A stretch of DNA of 64,000 bases from Gammaproteobacteria bacterium (GCA_041495205.1 JBGQCF010000002.1:17097-81096); one strand, 5' to 3'. Shown: positions 1-12,115, counted from the stretch's first letter. Notes: generated from the sequence alone by a model not told the origin. Numbers and translations: made by a program.

Positions 1-9
1 GACGCTGTC

Positions 10-390
10 ATGCAAAGAACCATGCTCAAAGCCAAGTTGCACCGCGTGCGCGTCACGCACGCCGAATTGCATTACGAAGGTTCCTGCGCGATTGATCAGA
101 GGCTGATGGATGCGGCGGACATCCGCGAATACCAGCAGGTTGATATTTACAACATCACTAACGGCGAGCGCTTTACCACATATGCCATCCCCGCCGAGCG
201 CGATTCCGGAATTGTTTCAATCAATGGTGCTGCGGCGCACAAAGCGAACCTTGGTGATCTTCTGATTATTGCGACTTATGCTGTTTATTCGGAACTGGAG
301 CTGCAAAAATATCATCCCGAACTGATTTACGTGGACGAGCACAACCGCATTCTCGACCGGCGCCAGGAAATTCCAATGCAGCGGGCTTGA
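10..390 (+). CDS. panD: aspartate 1-decarboxylase
   Basis: 126-aa ORF; [25 protein letters not shown] contains the PanD Gly-Ser self-processing site; hairpin terminator follows. Confidence 0.9.
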   Translation: MQRTMLKAKLHRVRVTHAELHYEGSCAIDQRLMDAADIREYQQVDIYNITNGERFTTYAIPAERDSGIVSINGAAAHKANLGDLLIIATYAVYSELELQKYHPELIYVDEHNRILDRRQEIPMQRA

Positions 391-405
391 GTTTACAGTG
401 AAATG

Positions 406-433
406 AAAAAGCGGCTTGCAAGCCGCTTTTTTT
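406..433 (+). terminator. rho-independent terminator after panD
   Basis: GCGGCT-TGCA-AGCCGC hairpin followed by a T7 run. Confidence 0.8.
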
Positions 434-438
434 ATTGC

Positions 439-490
439 TGCCGGGGGAGGGACTCGAACCCTCATGATCGGGTGGGATTTTAGTTCCGGC
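439..490 (-). pseudogene. tRNA-Leu 3'-half-like remnant (no acceptor 5' strand or D-arm)
   Basis: 28 nt identical to the 3' end of the adjacent tRNA-Leu (439-466 vs 555-582); weaker similarity through the anticodon arm; does not fold as a complete tRNA. Confidence 0.6.
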
Positions 491-551
491 TCACGCGGCC
501 TGCGGCGCATGAGCCTGCACTGAAATCCGGCGCTGCGGCATGGGCCGCGAC

Positions 552-638
552 TGGTGCCGGGGGAGGGACTCGAACCCTCATGGTGTTGCCACCACCGGAT
601 TTTGAGTCCGGCGCGTCTACCGATTCCGCCATCCCGGC
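552..638 (-). tRNA. tRNA-Leu (anticodon CAA), CCA encoded
   Basis: The reverse complement reads GCCGGGATGGCGGAATCGGTAGACGCGCCGGACTCAAAATCCGG...GAGGGTTCGAGTCCCTCCCCCGGCACCA. It has a 7-bp acceptor stem, CTCAAAA anticodon loop, long variable arm and T-arm. Confidence 0.9.
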
Positions 639-641
639 TTA

Positions 642-687
642 GGAACCTCTGAACAAATTCCCCAAGTAGGGCTTGTCAAGAGGTTCC
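642..687. repeat. 46-bp TIR-only mini copy of the GGAACCTCTGAT... element
   Basis: GGAACCTCTGAACAAATTCC...GGGCTTGTCAAGAGGTTCC resembles the two termini of the 275-bp elements at 25.5 and 47.5 kb. Confidence 0.5.
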
Positions 688-766
688 AAAGAGTGGGGAT
701 TATCCACTAAAAAGTATTTTCCGGGCAAGATTAGGCCTATCTCATCAATAGTCATGTGCGACAGCC

Positions 767-1795
767 ATGCAAACCAGGGACTTTGATTATGAATTGCCGC
801 AGGAATTGATTGCGCAGGTTCCCGCTGAGCAGCGCGACGCGAGCCGTTTACTTTATCTTGATGGCGCAAGCGGCAATTTGCGCGGTTGCCGGTTTGGCGA
901 CTTGCCGCAATTCGTGAAGGCTGGCGATGTGATGGTGTTGAATGATACCCGTGTCATCAAAGCCCGTCTGTTCGGGGAGAAAGAAAGCGGCGGTAAAGTG
1001 GAAATACTGGTCGAGCGGATTCTTGGCGACCATGATGTTTTGGCACAAGTGCGCGCCAGCCATGCGCCCCGGCCAAACGCGCGCTTGATTCTGGCAAAGC
1101 AGTTGCACGCGATAGTGGAAGAGCGCCGGGGTGAATTCTACAAGCTGCGCTTTGAGAGCAAAGAAACGGTATGGAACCTGCTGGAGCAGTTTGGCGCGAT
1201 GCCGCTGCCACCTTACATCTCGCGCCCCGCTTCAGAGCTCGACGAGACGCGTTATCAGACCGTGTATGCGCGCGAACCGGGCGCAGTGGCGGCACCCACC
1301 GCTGGTTTGCATTTTGACCCGGCGATGCTCGACAATCTGCGCGGGAAGGGAGTAAGGATAGCTTTTGTGACGTTGCATGTGGGCGCAGGAACGTTCCAGC
1401 CGGTGCGAGTGGAAAATATCGCCAAGCATAAAATGCACAGCGAGTGGTACAGCGTCCCCGCAAAGACGGTATCCATGATTGAAATGGCGAAACGGGAAGG
1501 CGGACGCGTCATGGCAGTGGGCAGCACCAGCCTGCGCGCGCTGGAAGCGGCAGCAACAAAAGGCCGATTGCAAGCCGGCAGCGGCGAAACCGACATCTTC
1601 ATCACCCCGGGCTACCGTTTTCGGGTGGTGGAGCGGCTGCTTACCAATTTCCATTTGCCGTGCTCCACGCTGCTGATGCTGGTTTCGGCTTTTGGCGGAA
1701 TGGAAAACATACGCCGTGCTTACCGCCACGCGGTGGAGCTCCGCTACCGCTTTTTCAGCTACGGTGATGCCATGCTGATTGAAAGACAGGATTAA
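767..1795 (+). CDS. queA: S-adenosylmethionine:tRNA ribosyltransferase-isomerase
   Basis: 342 aa; [18 protein letters not shown]-terminus typical of QueA; adjacent to tgt. Confidence 0.92.
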   Translation: MQTRDFDYELPQELIAQVPAEQRDASRLLYLDGASGNLRGCRFGDLPQFVKAGDVMVLNDTRVIKARLFGEKESGGKVEILVERILGDHDVLAQVRASHAPRPNARLILAKQLHAIVEERRGEFYKLRFESKETVWNLLEQFGAMPLPPYISRPASELDETRYQTVYAREPGAVAAPTAGLHFDPAMLDNLRGKGVRIAFVTLHVGAGTFQPVRVENIAKHKMHSEWYSVPAKTVSMIEMAKREGGRVMAVGSTSLRALEAAATKGRLQAGSGETDIFITPGYRFRVVERLLTNFHLPCSTLLMLVSAFGGMENIRRAYRHAVELRYRFFSYGDAMLIERQD

Positions 1796-1933
1796 CCGCG
1801 GAGGACGCCGAGGAAAACCTTAATGCACATGATTAACAGGATTTTTACAAGATTTACAGGATTGAATCTTGTTAATCCTGCGTCATCCTGACAATCCTGA
1901 TTGATTTTGTATTTTTCTGCGTCGTCTCCGCGG
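1796..1933. repeat. 138-bp intergenic element with imperfect terminal inverted repeats and a phased CAGGATT/AATCCTG array
   Basis: CCGCGGAGGACGCCGAGGAAAA at the left end and TTTTTCTGCGTCGTCTCCGCGG at the right end. CAGGATT at 1837 and 1857; AATCCTG or CATCCTG at 1874, 1884 and 1893. Confidence 0.5.
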
Positions 1934-1949
1934 TGAAAAGAGGTTTTGA

Positions 1950-3059
<1,110 letters not shown>

Positions 3060-3082
3060 CGCCTTTATTTGAGTCCAGGGGG

Positions 3083-3418
3083 GTGAACGTGCTGATGAGC
3101 GAAGCTTTTGCGCAAACCGCGGCGCCTGCGCAGCAAGGGCTGGACTGGATTGGGTTGATGCCCCTGGTGTTGCTGTTTGCGCTGCTGTATTTCCTGATGA
3201 TCCGGCCGCAAATGAAGCGCGGCAAGGAACACAAGACGATGACGGAGTCGCTGCAAAAAGGTGACGAAGTCATCACCGGCGGCGGGGTGCTGGGCAGGGT
3301 CATCAAGGTCGGCGACAACTACGTGACGCTGCAAGTGGCCGAGAACGTGGAAATTCAAGTGCAGAAGGCGGCGATTCAGACGTTGCTGCCGAAGGGCAGC
3401 ATCAAGAACGCCAATTAG
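3083..3418 (+). CDS. yajC: preprotein translocase subunit YajC
   Basis: 111 aa with a single TM then MIRPQMKRGKEHK motif; tgt-yajC-secDF synteny. Start is either GTG 3083 or ATG 3095. Confidence 0.85.
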   Translation: MNVLMSEAFAQTAAPAQQGLDWIGLMPLVLLFALLYFLMIRPQMKRGKEHKTMTESLQKGDEVITGGGVLGRVIKVGDNYVTLQVAENVEIQVQKAAIQTLLPKGSIKNAN

Positions 3419-3420
3419 CG

Positions 3421-5283
3421 ATGAACCGCTACCCGCTCTGGAAATACATCCTTATCGGTGTTGCGCTGCTGCTGGGATTAATCTATACACTGCCCAATCT
3501 GTTCGGCGAAGTTCCCGCGGTGCAGATTCTTCCGGCCAAATCGGCGCTAAAAGTGGATACCGGCCTGTTGCAGCGAGTGCAAGAGGCGCTCGCCAAAGCG
3601 AAAGTTCCCGTACAAGGCGCCTTTCTCGACGTCAACACCATTAAAGTACGCTTCGCCGACACCGATACTCAACTCAAAGCCAAGGATGTGCTGCAATCGC
3701 AGTTGGGCGATGACTATGTGATTGCGCTTAACCTGCTGTCGAGTTCCCCGCACTGGCTCTCCAACATCAGCGCGCTTCCCATGTACCTGGGGCTGGATTT
3801 GCGCGGCGGCGTGTATTTCCTGCTGCAGGTGGACATGAAAGCAGCGCTGGAAAAGGCGGCGGAACGCTATACCAATGACATCCGCAGCAGCCTGCGCGAG
3901 AAAAAAATTGCCTACTCCGGCGTCACCCGCGATGGGCAGGCGGTCACGGTCAAATTCAGGGACGTCGAATCCCGCACCAAGGGCCTGGCCGAAATCAGCA
4001 AGAGCTTTCCCGATTTGGCGCTGAAAGAAGTGGACGACGGCGAACCGAAGCTTACTGCCACGCTCACACCGCCGGCGCAGACCAGGGTTCAGGAATTCTC
4101 GCTGCAGCAGAACATCACCACGCTGCGCAACCGCGTAAATGAACTCGGCGTGGCCGAGCCGATTATCCAGCAGCAGGGCGCCGACCGTGTGGTGGTGCAA
4201 CTGCCTGGCGTACAGGATACGGCAAAAGCAAAGGACATACTTGGGCGCACCGCGACTCTGGAAGTGCGCATGGTGGATGAAGAGCACTCGGATCCGGCTT
4301 CGCTGCAAGCGGCGGCCCAGGGACAACTTCCGCTGGGCGACGAACTTTACAAAGAAAGAAACGGTATTCCGGTGCTGGTGAAAAAGAATGTGGTGCTGAC
4401 GGGCGAGCGCATCAGCGATGCCCAGCCGGGCTACGACGGGCAGACCGGGGAGCCCGCGGTGCATATCACGCTGGATGGCGCCGGCGCACGCATTTTTCAG
4501 CTGGTCACCCGCGAAAATGTCGGCAAACGTATGGCGGTTTTGCTCATCGAAAAAGGCAAGGCGGAAGTGGTGACTGCACCGGTCATTCGCGCCGAGATCG
4601 GCGGGGGCAGAGTACAGATCAGCGGCGGCCGGATGAATGTAGAGGAAGCGCGCGATATCGCTTTGCTGCTGCGTGCAGGCGCGCTGGCTGCGCCTATGGA
4701 AATCATCGAGGAGCGCACCGTGGGGCCGAGCCTCGGCGCCGACAATATCAAGCGGGGCTTTCATTCCACGTGGATCGGGTTTTCCGCGATTGCCATTTTC
4801 ATGATCGCGTATTATCTGCTGTTTGGTTTGATTTCGGTGGTGGCGCTGGCGGTCAACGTGCTGTTTCTGGTGGCGCTGCTTTCCATGCTGCAAGCGACGC
4901 TCACCCTACCCGGCATGGCGGGCATTGCGCTCACCGTGGGCATGGCGATTGACGCCAACGTGCTGATCAACGAGCGCGTCCGCGAAGAACTCCGCAGCGG
5001 CACCACGCCGCAGGCGGCGATCCACGCCGGCTACGAACGCGCTTTCGGCACCATTCTCGACACCAACATTACCACGCTGATCGCCGGCATTGCGCTGTTC
5101 ATGTTCGGCTCGGGGCCGGTGCGCGGTTTCGCGGTGGTGCTGTGCCTGGGGATATTGACCTCGATGTTCAGCGCAGTGATGGTCTCGCGCAGCATGGTCA
5201 ATCTGATTTACGGCAGCCGCCGCAAGCTGGAGAAACTTTCCGCCGGCCAAGCATGGCACCCGGCGGCTGAAAACAAAGGCTGA
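3421..5283 (+). CDS. secD: protein translocase subunit SecD
   Basis: 620 aa; large periplasmic domain plus C-terminal 6-TM block; synteny. Confidence 0.93.
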   Translation: MNRYPLWKYILIGVALLLGLIYTLPNLFGEVPAVQILPAKSALKVDTGLLQRVQEALAKAKVPVQGAFLDVNTIKVRFADTDTQLKAKDVLQSQLGDDYVIALNLLSSSPHWLSNISALPMYLGLDLRGGVYFLLQVDMKAALEKAAERYTNDIRSSLREKKIAYSGVTRDGQAVTVKFRDVESRTKGLAEISKSFPDLALKEVDDGEPKLTATLTPPAQTRVQEFSLQQNITTLRNRVNELGVAEPIIQQQGADRVVVQLPGVQDTAKAKDILGRTATLEVRMVDEEHSDPASLQAAAQGQLPLGDELYKERNGIPVLVKKNVVLTGERISDAQPGYDGQTGEPAVHITLDGAGARIFQLVTRENVGKRMAVLLIEKGKAEVVTAPVIRAEIGGGRVQISGGRMNVEEARDIALLLRAGALAAPMEIIEERTVGPSLGADNIKRGFHSTWIGFSAIAIFMIAYYLLFGLISVVALAVNVLFLVALLSMLQATLTLPGMAGIALTVGMAIDANVLINERVREELRSGTTPQAAIHAGYERAFGTILDTNITTLIAGIALFMFGSGPVRGFAVVLCLGILTSMFSAVMVSRSMVNLIYGSRRKLEKLSAGQAWHPAAENKG

Positions 5284-5297
5284 TCCAGGATATAACC

Positions 5298-6227
5298 ATG
5301 GAATTTTTCAGAATCAAACACGACATCCCGTTCATGCGCCACGCGCTGGTGTTCAACGTGATTTCCCTCATCACGTTCATTCTCGCGGTGGTGTTCCTTG
5401 CCACCAAAGGCTTGAATTTCGGCGTGGATTTTACCGGCGGCACGGTGATGGAAGTCAATTACACGCAGACGGCCGACATTCACAAAATCCGCGAGTCCCT
5501 GGGAAAGCTGGGCTTTAGTGACGCCAGCGTGCAGAATTTCGGCACCTCGCGCGATGTGTTGATCAGGCTGCCGGTCAAAACCGGCATAACCGGCGCCAAG
5601 TTGAGCGAGCAGGTGCTGGATGCGCTGCGTCAGGACGATAAAACGGTGCAGATGCGGCGGGTGGAATTCGTGGGACCCCAAGTCGGCAAAGAGCTCGTCT
5701 ACAACGGTTCATTAGCGTTGCTGCTGGTTTCCATCGGTATCGTGCTCTACCTGTGGATGCGCTTCGAGGTGAAATTCGGGTTTGCCGCGATCATTGCCAA
5801 TTTGCACGACGTGGTCATCATTCTCGGCTTCTTTTCCTTTTTCCAATGGGAGTTTTCGCTCTCCGTGCTGGCAGCGGTGCTGGCAATTCTCGGCTATTCG
5901 GTGAACGAGTCGGTGGTGGTGTTTGACCGGATACGCGAAAACTTCCGCAAGATGCGCAGGGCGAGCACGCCGGAGATCATCAACAACGCCATTACCCGCA
6001 CCATGTCGCGCACCATCATCACTCACGGTTGCACCCAGCTGATGGTGACCTCGATGCTGTTTTTCGGCGGCGAAACGCTGCATTATTTTGCGCTGGCGCT
6101 CACCATCGGGATTCTCTTCGGCATATATTCCTCGGTGCTGGTGGCGAGTCCTATCGTGATGTGGCTCGGCGTGACGCGCGAGGATTTCATCAAGCCGGAT
6201 AAACAAGCCGCGACGCAAACCCCGTAA
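5298..6227 (+). CDS. secF: protein translocase subunit SecF
   Basis: 309 aa; LNFGVDFTGGT motif; follows secD. Confidence 0.93.
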   Translation: MEFFRIKHDIPFMRHALVFNVISLITFILAVVFLATKGLNFGVDFTGGTVMEVNYTQTADIHKIRESLGKLGFSDASVQNFGTSRDVLIRLPVKTGITGAKLSEQVLDALRQDDKTVQMRRVEFVGPQVGKELVYNGSLALLLVSIGIVLYLWMRFEVKFGFAAIIANLHDVVIILGFFSFFQWEFSLSVLAAVLAILGYSVNESVVVFDRIRENFRKMRRASTPEIINNAITRTMSRTIITHGCTQLMVTSMLFFGGETLHYFALALTIGILFGIYSSVLVASPIVMWLGVTREDFIKPDKQAATQTP

Positions 6228-6240
6228 CGGCGCGCCCGAC

Positions 6241-6876
6241 GTGGAAGTCATTTCCAGCTTTTTCGGCCTGCTGACCCATCTTGATCAGCATCTGCTGTCG
6301 CTATTGCAGAACTACGGCGGCTGGATTTACCTGATTCTGTTCCTGATCATTTTCTGCGAAACCGGCTTGGTGGTGACGCCATTTCTGCCGGGGGATTCAT
6401 TACTTTTCGTAACCGGAACATTGGCGGCGACAGGCGCGCTCAACCTGCAGGGAGTTGCGATATTGCTCATGGCTGCGTCATTTTCAGGCGACAACTCCAA
6501 TTACTGGATTGGCCGTTACCTCGGCCCCAAGGTGTTACGCAAAGAGCAATCGCGCTTCTTCAACCGCAGCTATCTTGAAAAAACTCAGCGTTTTTACGAA
6601 AAACACGGGGGCAAGACCATCCTAGTGGCGCGCTTTATTCCCATCATCCGCACTTTTGCGCCTTTTGTTGCAGGAATCGGGCGCATGCGCTATCTGCGCT
6701 TTGTGCTGTACAGTCTGGGCGGGAGTGTGTTCTGGATCAGCTTTTTCGTGTTCGGAGGTTTCTACTTCGGCAATGTTCCGCTGGTGAAACAAAATCTGAC
6801 CGCGTTCATTTTTCTGATTATATTTGTTTCTATCCTGCCCGGCGTGGTTGAATATTTGCGCAGCCGGGCGCGCTAA
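6241..6876 (+). CDS. DedA family inner membrane protein
   Basis: 211 aa; VVTPFLPGDSLLF and RFIPIIRTFAPFVAG motifs; GTG start. Confidence 0.8.
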   Translation: MEVISSFFGLLTHLDQHLLSLLQNYGGWIYLILFLIIFCETGLVVTPFLPGDSLLFVTGTLAATGALNLQGVAILLMAASFSGDNSNYWIGRYLGPKVLRKEQSRFFNRSYLEKTQRFYEKHGGKTILVARFIPIIRTFAPFVAGIGRMRYLRFVLYSLGGSVFWISFFVFGGFYFGNVPLVKQNLTAFIFLIIFVSILPGVVEYLRSRAR

Positions 6877-6908
6877 TCCTTATCCCAGCCTTCCCCCGCT
6901 TGCGGGGG

Positions 6909-8282
<1,374 letters not shown>

Positions 8283-8316
8283 TTACTCAACAAGCGTATT
8301 TTATCACAGGTGAAAT

Positions 8317-8928
8317 GTGCGGACGCTTGAGCCAAATTCAAGGAGATTTGCCCGCTTGTTGCGGGAAGTCCGCGCATGCAGGGTGTGCGCAGCGCATCTG
8401 CCCAATCCGCCCAAGCCGATACTGCTTGGCGCGGAGACCGCCACGCTGATGATCGTGGGGCAGGCGCCGGGGCGCAAAGTGCATGAAACCGGGATTCCCT
8501 GGAACGATCCGTCGGGCGACCGCTTGCGCGAATGGCTTAAGCTTGAGCGCGTGCAATTCTACGATACTTGCCGCATTGCCATCATTCCCACCGGGTTTTG
8601 TTATCCGGGCACAGGGGAAAATGGCGATCTGCCGCCGCGGCCCGAATGTGCGCCGCTGTGGCATCCCAGACTGCGCGCGGCGCTGCCGCGTATTGGGCTT
8701 ACTCTGCTGGTTGGAAGTTACGCCCAGGTCTATTACCTCGGCGACAGGATGAAATCCTCGGTCACCGAAACCGTGCGCGCTTACCAGGAGTATCTGCCGG
8801 AATTTCTGCCGCTGCCGCACCCCAGCCCGCGCAACCGGGGCTGGCTCAAAAGCAATCCGTGGTTCGAGAAAAAAGTGATTCCGCAACTTCGCCTGCTGGT
8901 TTTAAGCGCACTCAAAAAAGCCAAGTAA
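8317..8928 (+). CDS. uracil-DNA glycosylase family protein
   Basis: 203 aa; IVGQAPG motif and a C-terminal HPSPRN-type motif; GTG start. Confidence 0.7.
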   Translation: MRTLEPNSRRFARLLREVRACRVCAAHLPNPPKPILLGAETATLMIVGQAPGRKVHETGIPWNDPSGDRLREWLKLERVQFYDTCRIAIIPTGFCYPGTGENGDLPPRPECAPLWHPRLRAALPRIGLTLLVGSYAQVYYLGDRMKSSVTETVRAYQEYLPEFLPLPHPSPRNRGWLKSNPWFEKKVIPQLRLLVLSALKKAK

Positions 8929-9002
8929 ATTCTGCAACCGCGCCACGTCCGGCGAGACGGGAATGTTATAATAAACGCACGATTACTTTTATCGGGAACC
9001 CC

Positions 9003-9614
9003 ATGAAATTGATTGGATCGCTGACCAGCCCGTATGTGCGCAAAGTGCGCGTGGCGCTGGCCGAGAAGCGCATTGATTATGAGATGCAAGTGGACCTTCC
9101 CTGGAATGAAGACAGCAAGGTGCCGGAATACAACCCGCTCGGCAAGGTGCCGGTATTGCTCATGGATGAGGGCACCAGCCTGTTTGATTCGCGGGTGATT
9201 GTTGAATACCTGGATACCGTTACTCCCTTGGGCCGGCTGATTCCCGAGGGCAATCGCGAACGCACCCTGGTCAAGCGCTGGGAGGCCTTGGCGGACGGCA
9301 TTTCCGATGCGGCAGCCGCCATCGTTATCGAAACGAGACGTCCCGCGAAGCTGCAAAGCAAGGATTGGATTGCCCGTCAGCGCGGCAAGATTGACAGCGG
9401 GCTCAAGGCCGTCTCGCGCGAGCTCGGCGAAAAGAACTGGTGTTCGGGCGATGCCTATAATCTTTCCGACATCGCGGTAGGTTGTGCGCTGGGTTTTCTC
9501 GATTTGCGCTTGCCTGAAATCGATTGGCGCGCTTCCTCCCCCAATCTGGAAAAACTCTTTGCCAAACTCATGCAGCGGGCATCGTTTAAAGATACGGTGC
9601 CGCCTGTCGCGTAA
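9003..9614 (+). CDS. glutathione S-transferase family protein
   Basis: The internal ATG of ORF 8568..9614 gives MKLIGSLTSPYVRKVRVAL, a thioredoxin-like GST N-terminal fold. The upstream part of that ORF overlaps the UDG gene out of frame. Confidence 0.8.
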   Translation: MKLIGSLTSPYVRKVRVALAEKRIDYEMQVDLPWNEDSKVPEYNPLGKVPVLLMDEGTSLFDSRVIVEYLDTVTPLGRLIPEGNRERTLVKRWEALADGISDAAAAIVIETRRPAKLQSKDWIARQRGKIDSGLKAVSRELGEKNWCSGDAYNLSDIAVGCALGFLDLRLPEIDWRASSPNLEKLFAKLMQRASFKDTVPPVA

Positions 9615-9618
9615 GCGC

Positions 9619-10686
9619 TCAAGCCTCGATAATCCCGCCGCCAAGGCATACTTTGCTCTCGTAAATTACCACTGATTGCCCGGGGGTAACCGCCCATTGC
9701 GGCTCGGCGAACTCGATGCTGCAGCTGTGTTCGTCCACCTGCGTGATGCAGCACGCAGCGTCGGCCTGCCGGTAGCGGGTTTTCGCGCAGTACACCCAGT
9801 TGCAATGCGGTGCCCGCGCGCTCACCCAGCTTAAACGGGTGCAGGTTAGTTTCTGACGGAATAGCGCAGGGTGATCGTGGCCCTGCACTACCATGAGTAC
9901 ATTGCGCGCCATGTCCTTGGCTGCGACATACCACGCTTCGCCCTTGCCCCCTATGCCCAAACCTTGGCGCTGACCTATGGTGTAGTACATGAGACCCATA
10001 TGCTTGCCCACCACTTCGCCATCAGGAGCTTCCATCGTACCGGGGTCTTTCGGGAGATAGCGGTTCAGGAATTCGCGGAACGGTCGCTCGCCGATAAAAC
10101 AAATGCCGGTGCTGTCTTTCTTGTCGTGAATGGGCAGTCCCTGGCGTTTAGCGATTTCTCTGACTTCGCGCTTGTACAGCTTCCCGAGCGGGAAAAGCGT
10201 CTTCGAAAGCTGCGCCTGGTTCAGGCGGTACAGAAAATAGCTCTGATCTTTGGTGCCGTCTTCTGCCTTCAGCAACTGGAACATTCCATCCGCTTCCCGC
10301 ACCTGGGCGTAATGCCCGGTGGCGATAGTGTCCGCGCCCAGTCGCAGCGCGTGGTCGAGAAACGCCTTGAATTTAATTTCGGCGTTGCACAGCACATCCG
10401 GATTCGGGGTGCGGCCGGCGCGGTATTCGTTGAGAAAATCGCTGAACACCCGCTCCTTGTACTCGGCGGAAAAATTGACCGTTTCGATGTCTATGCCGAT
10501 ACGGTCGGCAACCGCGACTGCATCGATCAAATCCTGCCTGGAAGAACAGTATTCGTCGGTATCGTCGTCTTCCCAGTTTTTCATGAAGAGACCGAGCACA
10601 TCGAAACCCTGCTGCTTCAGCAGCAAGGCAGTGACCGATGAATCCACCCCGCCTGACATGCCGACGATGACGCGCTTTTTAACCAT
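9619..10686 (-). CDS. mnmA: tRNA 2-thiouridine(34) synthase
   Basis: 355 aa; [15 protein letters not shown]-loop. Confidence 0.93.
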   Translation of the reverse strand: MVKKRVIVGMSGGVDSSVTALLLKQQGFDVLGLFMKNWEDDDTDEYCSSRQDLIDAVAVADRIGIDIETVNFSAEYKERVFSDFLNEYRAGRTPNPDVLCNAEIKFKAFLDHALRLGADTIATGHYAQVREADGMFQLLKAEDGTKDQSYFLYRLNQAQLSKTLFPLGKLYKREVREIAKRQGLPIHDKKDSTGICFIGERPFREFLNRYLPKDPGTMEAPDGEVVGKHMGLMYYTIGQRQGLGIGGKGEAWYVAAKDMARNVLMVVQGHDHPALFRQKLTCTRLSWVSARAPHCNWVYCAKTRYRQADAACCITQVDEHSCSIEFAEPQWAVTPGQSVVIYESKVCLGGGIIEA

Positions 10687-11212
10687 TAGGTTTAGCGCCT
10701 TTCAACCACTCATCGAGAGGGAAAATCACCGCGGGATGGCCGTTGGCGAAAAACCAGGAATCCACCGCGAATTCCTGATGAGTGCGAATTTCCGCAATGC
10801 GCGCCGCCCAGTGCGGCTTGGTGGCCCCGCGCACCACCCGGCTCTGCACGCGGTGGAGTTTGAGAAAGCCGCGCTTTTCAAGAACTCTCAGGTAAGCAGT
10901 GGTGTTGATTGAGTGATCCTCGGAATCCATGCGGCCATCAACACCGCCATCGTTATCCCTGCCTTTGTCGCGAAAAACCGGAGTTTGTCCTCCGGCATAG
11001 CGCGCGAGCATGCCCACCGCTTGGGCTATGGCCTCGCGTTCAGACGCCGCATCATATATGCCTTTGAACAGTACGACCACGTTTGCAAGCTGCTGCTCGC
11101 TGAATGTCACGGCAGCATCCGCCGCGCAGCCATAGTTGTAGCAGATCTTTACTTCGTCGGCGCGCGCAGGCAGGCAAAAAGCAAGAAACAGAAAGAGAAC
11201 GATTTTGTGCAT
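10679..11212 (-). CDS. hypothetical secreted protein
   Basis: Start chosen at [18 protein letters not shown] (signal peptide). Stop overlaps the mnmA start by 8 nt, giving a nudix-hyp-mnmA operon arrangement. Confidence 0.6.
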   Translation of the reverse strand: MHKIVLFLFLAFCLPARADEVKICYNYGCAADAAVTFSEQQLANVVVLFKGIYDAASEREAIAQAVGMLARYAGGQTPVFRDKGRDNDGGVDGRMDSEDHSINTTAYLRVLEKRGFLKLHRVQSRVVRGATKPHWAARIAEIRTHQEFAVDSWFFANGHPAVIFPLDEWLKGAKPNG

Positions 11213-11216
11213 ACGC

Positions 11217-11711
11217 TCAATCGAAATGGATGAGGATTTCCAGCGGATAGCGCTTGCCTGCAAGATAATCCTGCACGCAGCGCAGCACCAGCGGGCTGCG
11301 GTGGCGGTGCGCTTGTTCGCGGATTTCCGCTTCGCTCATCCAGACTGCGCGGATAATCCCTTGGTCCAGTTTGCGCTGTCCATCGAAACTAGCTACGTGC
11401 CCTGTAAAGGCAAAGCGCAGGTAAGTGATTCGGTTGCCCGGATTGCGCCAGCGATAAACGCCGAGCAGAAACTCGGGCTGGAAATGATATGCGGTTTCTT
11501 CCAGGGTTTCACGCACCACGCCTTCAAGCAGGGTTTCATCAGCTTCCAGATGTCCCGCCGGCTGGTTTAATACCGCGCCTTCATCCGTGTGCTCCTCGAC
11601 CAGCAAGAACTTGCCGTCCTGCTCCACCACCGCAGCTACCGTGATATTCGGTTTCCAGATCATGCCGTGTTTTTCGGGCTCAAAAAGGAATTTTATCTTT
11701 TTCGGGGGCAA
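11217..11711 (-). CDS. NUDIX hydrolase
   Basis: 164 aa; Nudix box GHLEADETLLEGVVRETLEET. Confidence 0.85.
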   Translation of the reverse strand: MPPKKIKFLFEPEKHGMIWKPNITVAAVVEQDGKFLLVEEHTDEGAVLNQPAGHLEADETLLEGVVRETLEETAYHFQPEFLLGVYRWRNPGNRITYLRFAFTGHVASFDGQRKLDQGIIRAVWMSEAEIREQAHRHRSPLVLRCVQDYLAGKRYPLEILIHFD

Positions 11712-11738
11712 CCCAAAAGCCGACGCGAATCTGCGAAT

Positions 11739-11766
11739 AAAAAAGGCAGGGCATTTGCCCTGCCTT
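11739..11766 (-). terminator. rho-independent terminator after the K/E-rich small gene
   Basis: AGGCAGGGC-AAAT-GCCCTGCCT hairpin followed by a T-run on the minus strand. Confidence 0.75.
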
Positions 11767-11789
11767 CTAGTACCAGAATGGAATCCGGC

Positions 11790-12014
11790 TTAGGGTTTCT
11801 TTTCTTCCTTGTATTCTTCTTTTTTATGTTTTTTCTTGGTGACTTTCTTTTCCTTCTTCTTTTCAGCTTTCTTTTCGGTTTTCTTGTCCGTGTTGCCGGG
11901 CTGAGCAGCTTCGGTTTTGGTAGTGGCAGCCGGAGCGGCAGGCTCTGCAGCAACAGCGGAAAGGGTCACCGCAGCGAATATAGCGGCAACCAGGCTAGAC
12001 AACAATTTGCTCAT
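11790..12014 (-). CDS. small secreted lysine/glutamate-rich protein
   Basis: AAGGAAA RBS 7 nt before the ATG; MSKLLSSLVAAIFAAVTLSAVAA signal peptide, then a KKTEKKAEKKKEKKVTKKKHKKEEYKEEKKP tail; own terminator. Confidence 0.6.
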   Translation of the reverse strand: MSKLLSSLVAAIFAAVTLSAVAAEPAAPAATTKTEAAQPGNTDKKTEKKAEKKKEKKVTKKKHKKEEYKEEKKP

Positions 12015-12115
12015 GGTATTTCCTTTTAAAAAAATTATCAAATAGACACAAATGTGTCAATAATCATAACGCGCAAACTTGCAGGAGGTTGACAAAGCCG
12101 CTTATTCCAGGCCGC

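Noticed and set aside
439-545. The tRNA-like sequence downstream of tRNA-Leu as a functional second tRNA or a tRNA-Sec/tmRNA-like gene.
   Set aside because: No 5' acceptor strand complementary to CCCCGGC, no D-arm, and the anticodon stem does not pair. Only the 3' half is tRNA-like.
3547-4893. Long antisense or alternative-frame ORFs overlapping well-supported genes. Examples: 3547..4893 -, 12089..13282 +, 13335..14861 +, 19335..20234 -, 26585..27526 -, 30662..31753 -, 46514..47746 +, 61397..62062 +.
   Set aside because: They are typical shadow ORFs of GC-rich DNA. Their composition is Arg/Ala/Gly/His-rich and low in complexity, and they show no recognisable motifs. Each lies entirely opposite a gene with strong family signatures.
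8568-9002. Long N-terminal extension of the GST ORF (348-aa version).
   Set aside because: It overlaps the uracil-DNA-glycosylase-family gene in another frame and is Arg/Ala-rich. The GST fold starts at the internal ATG at 9003.
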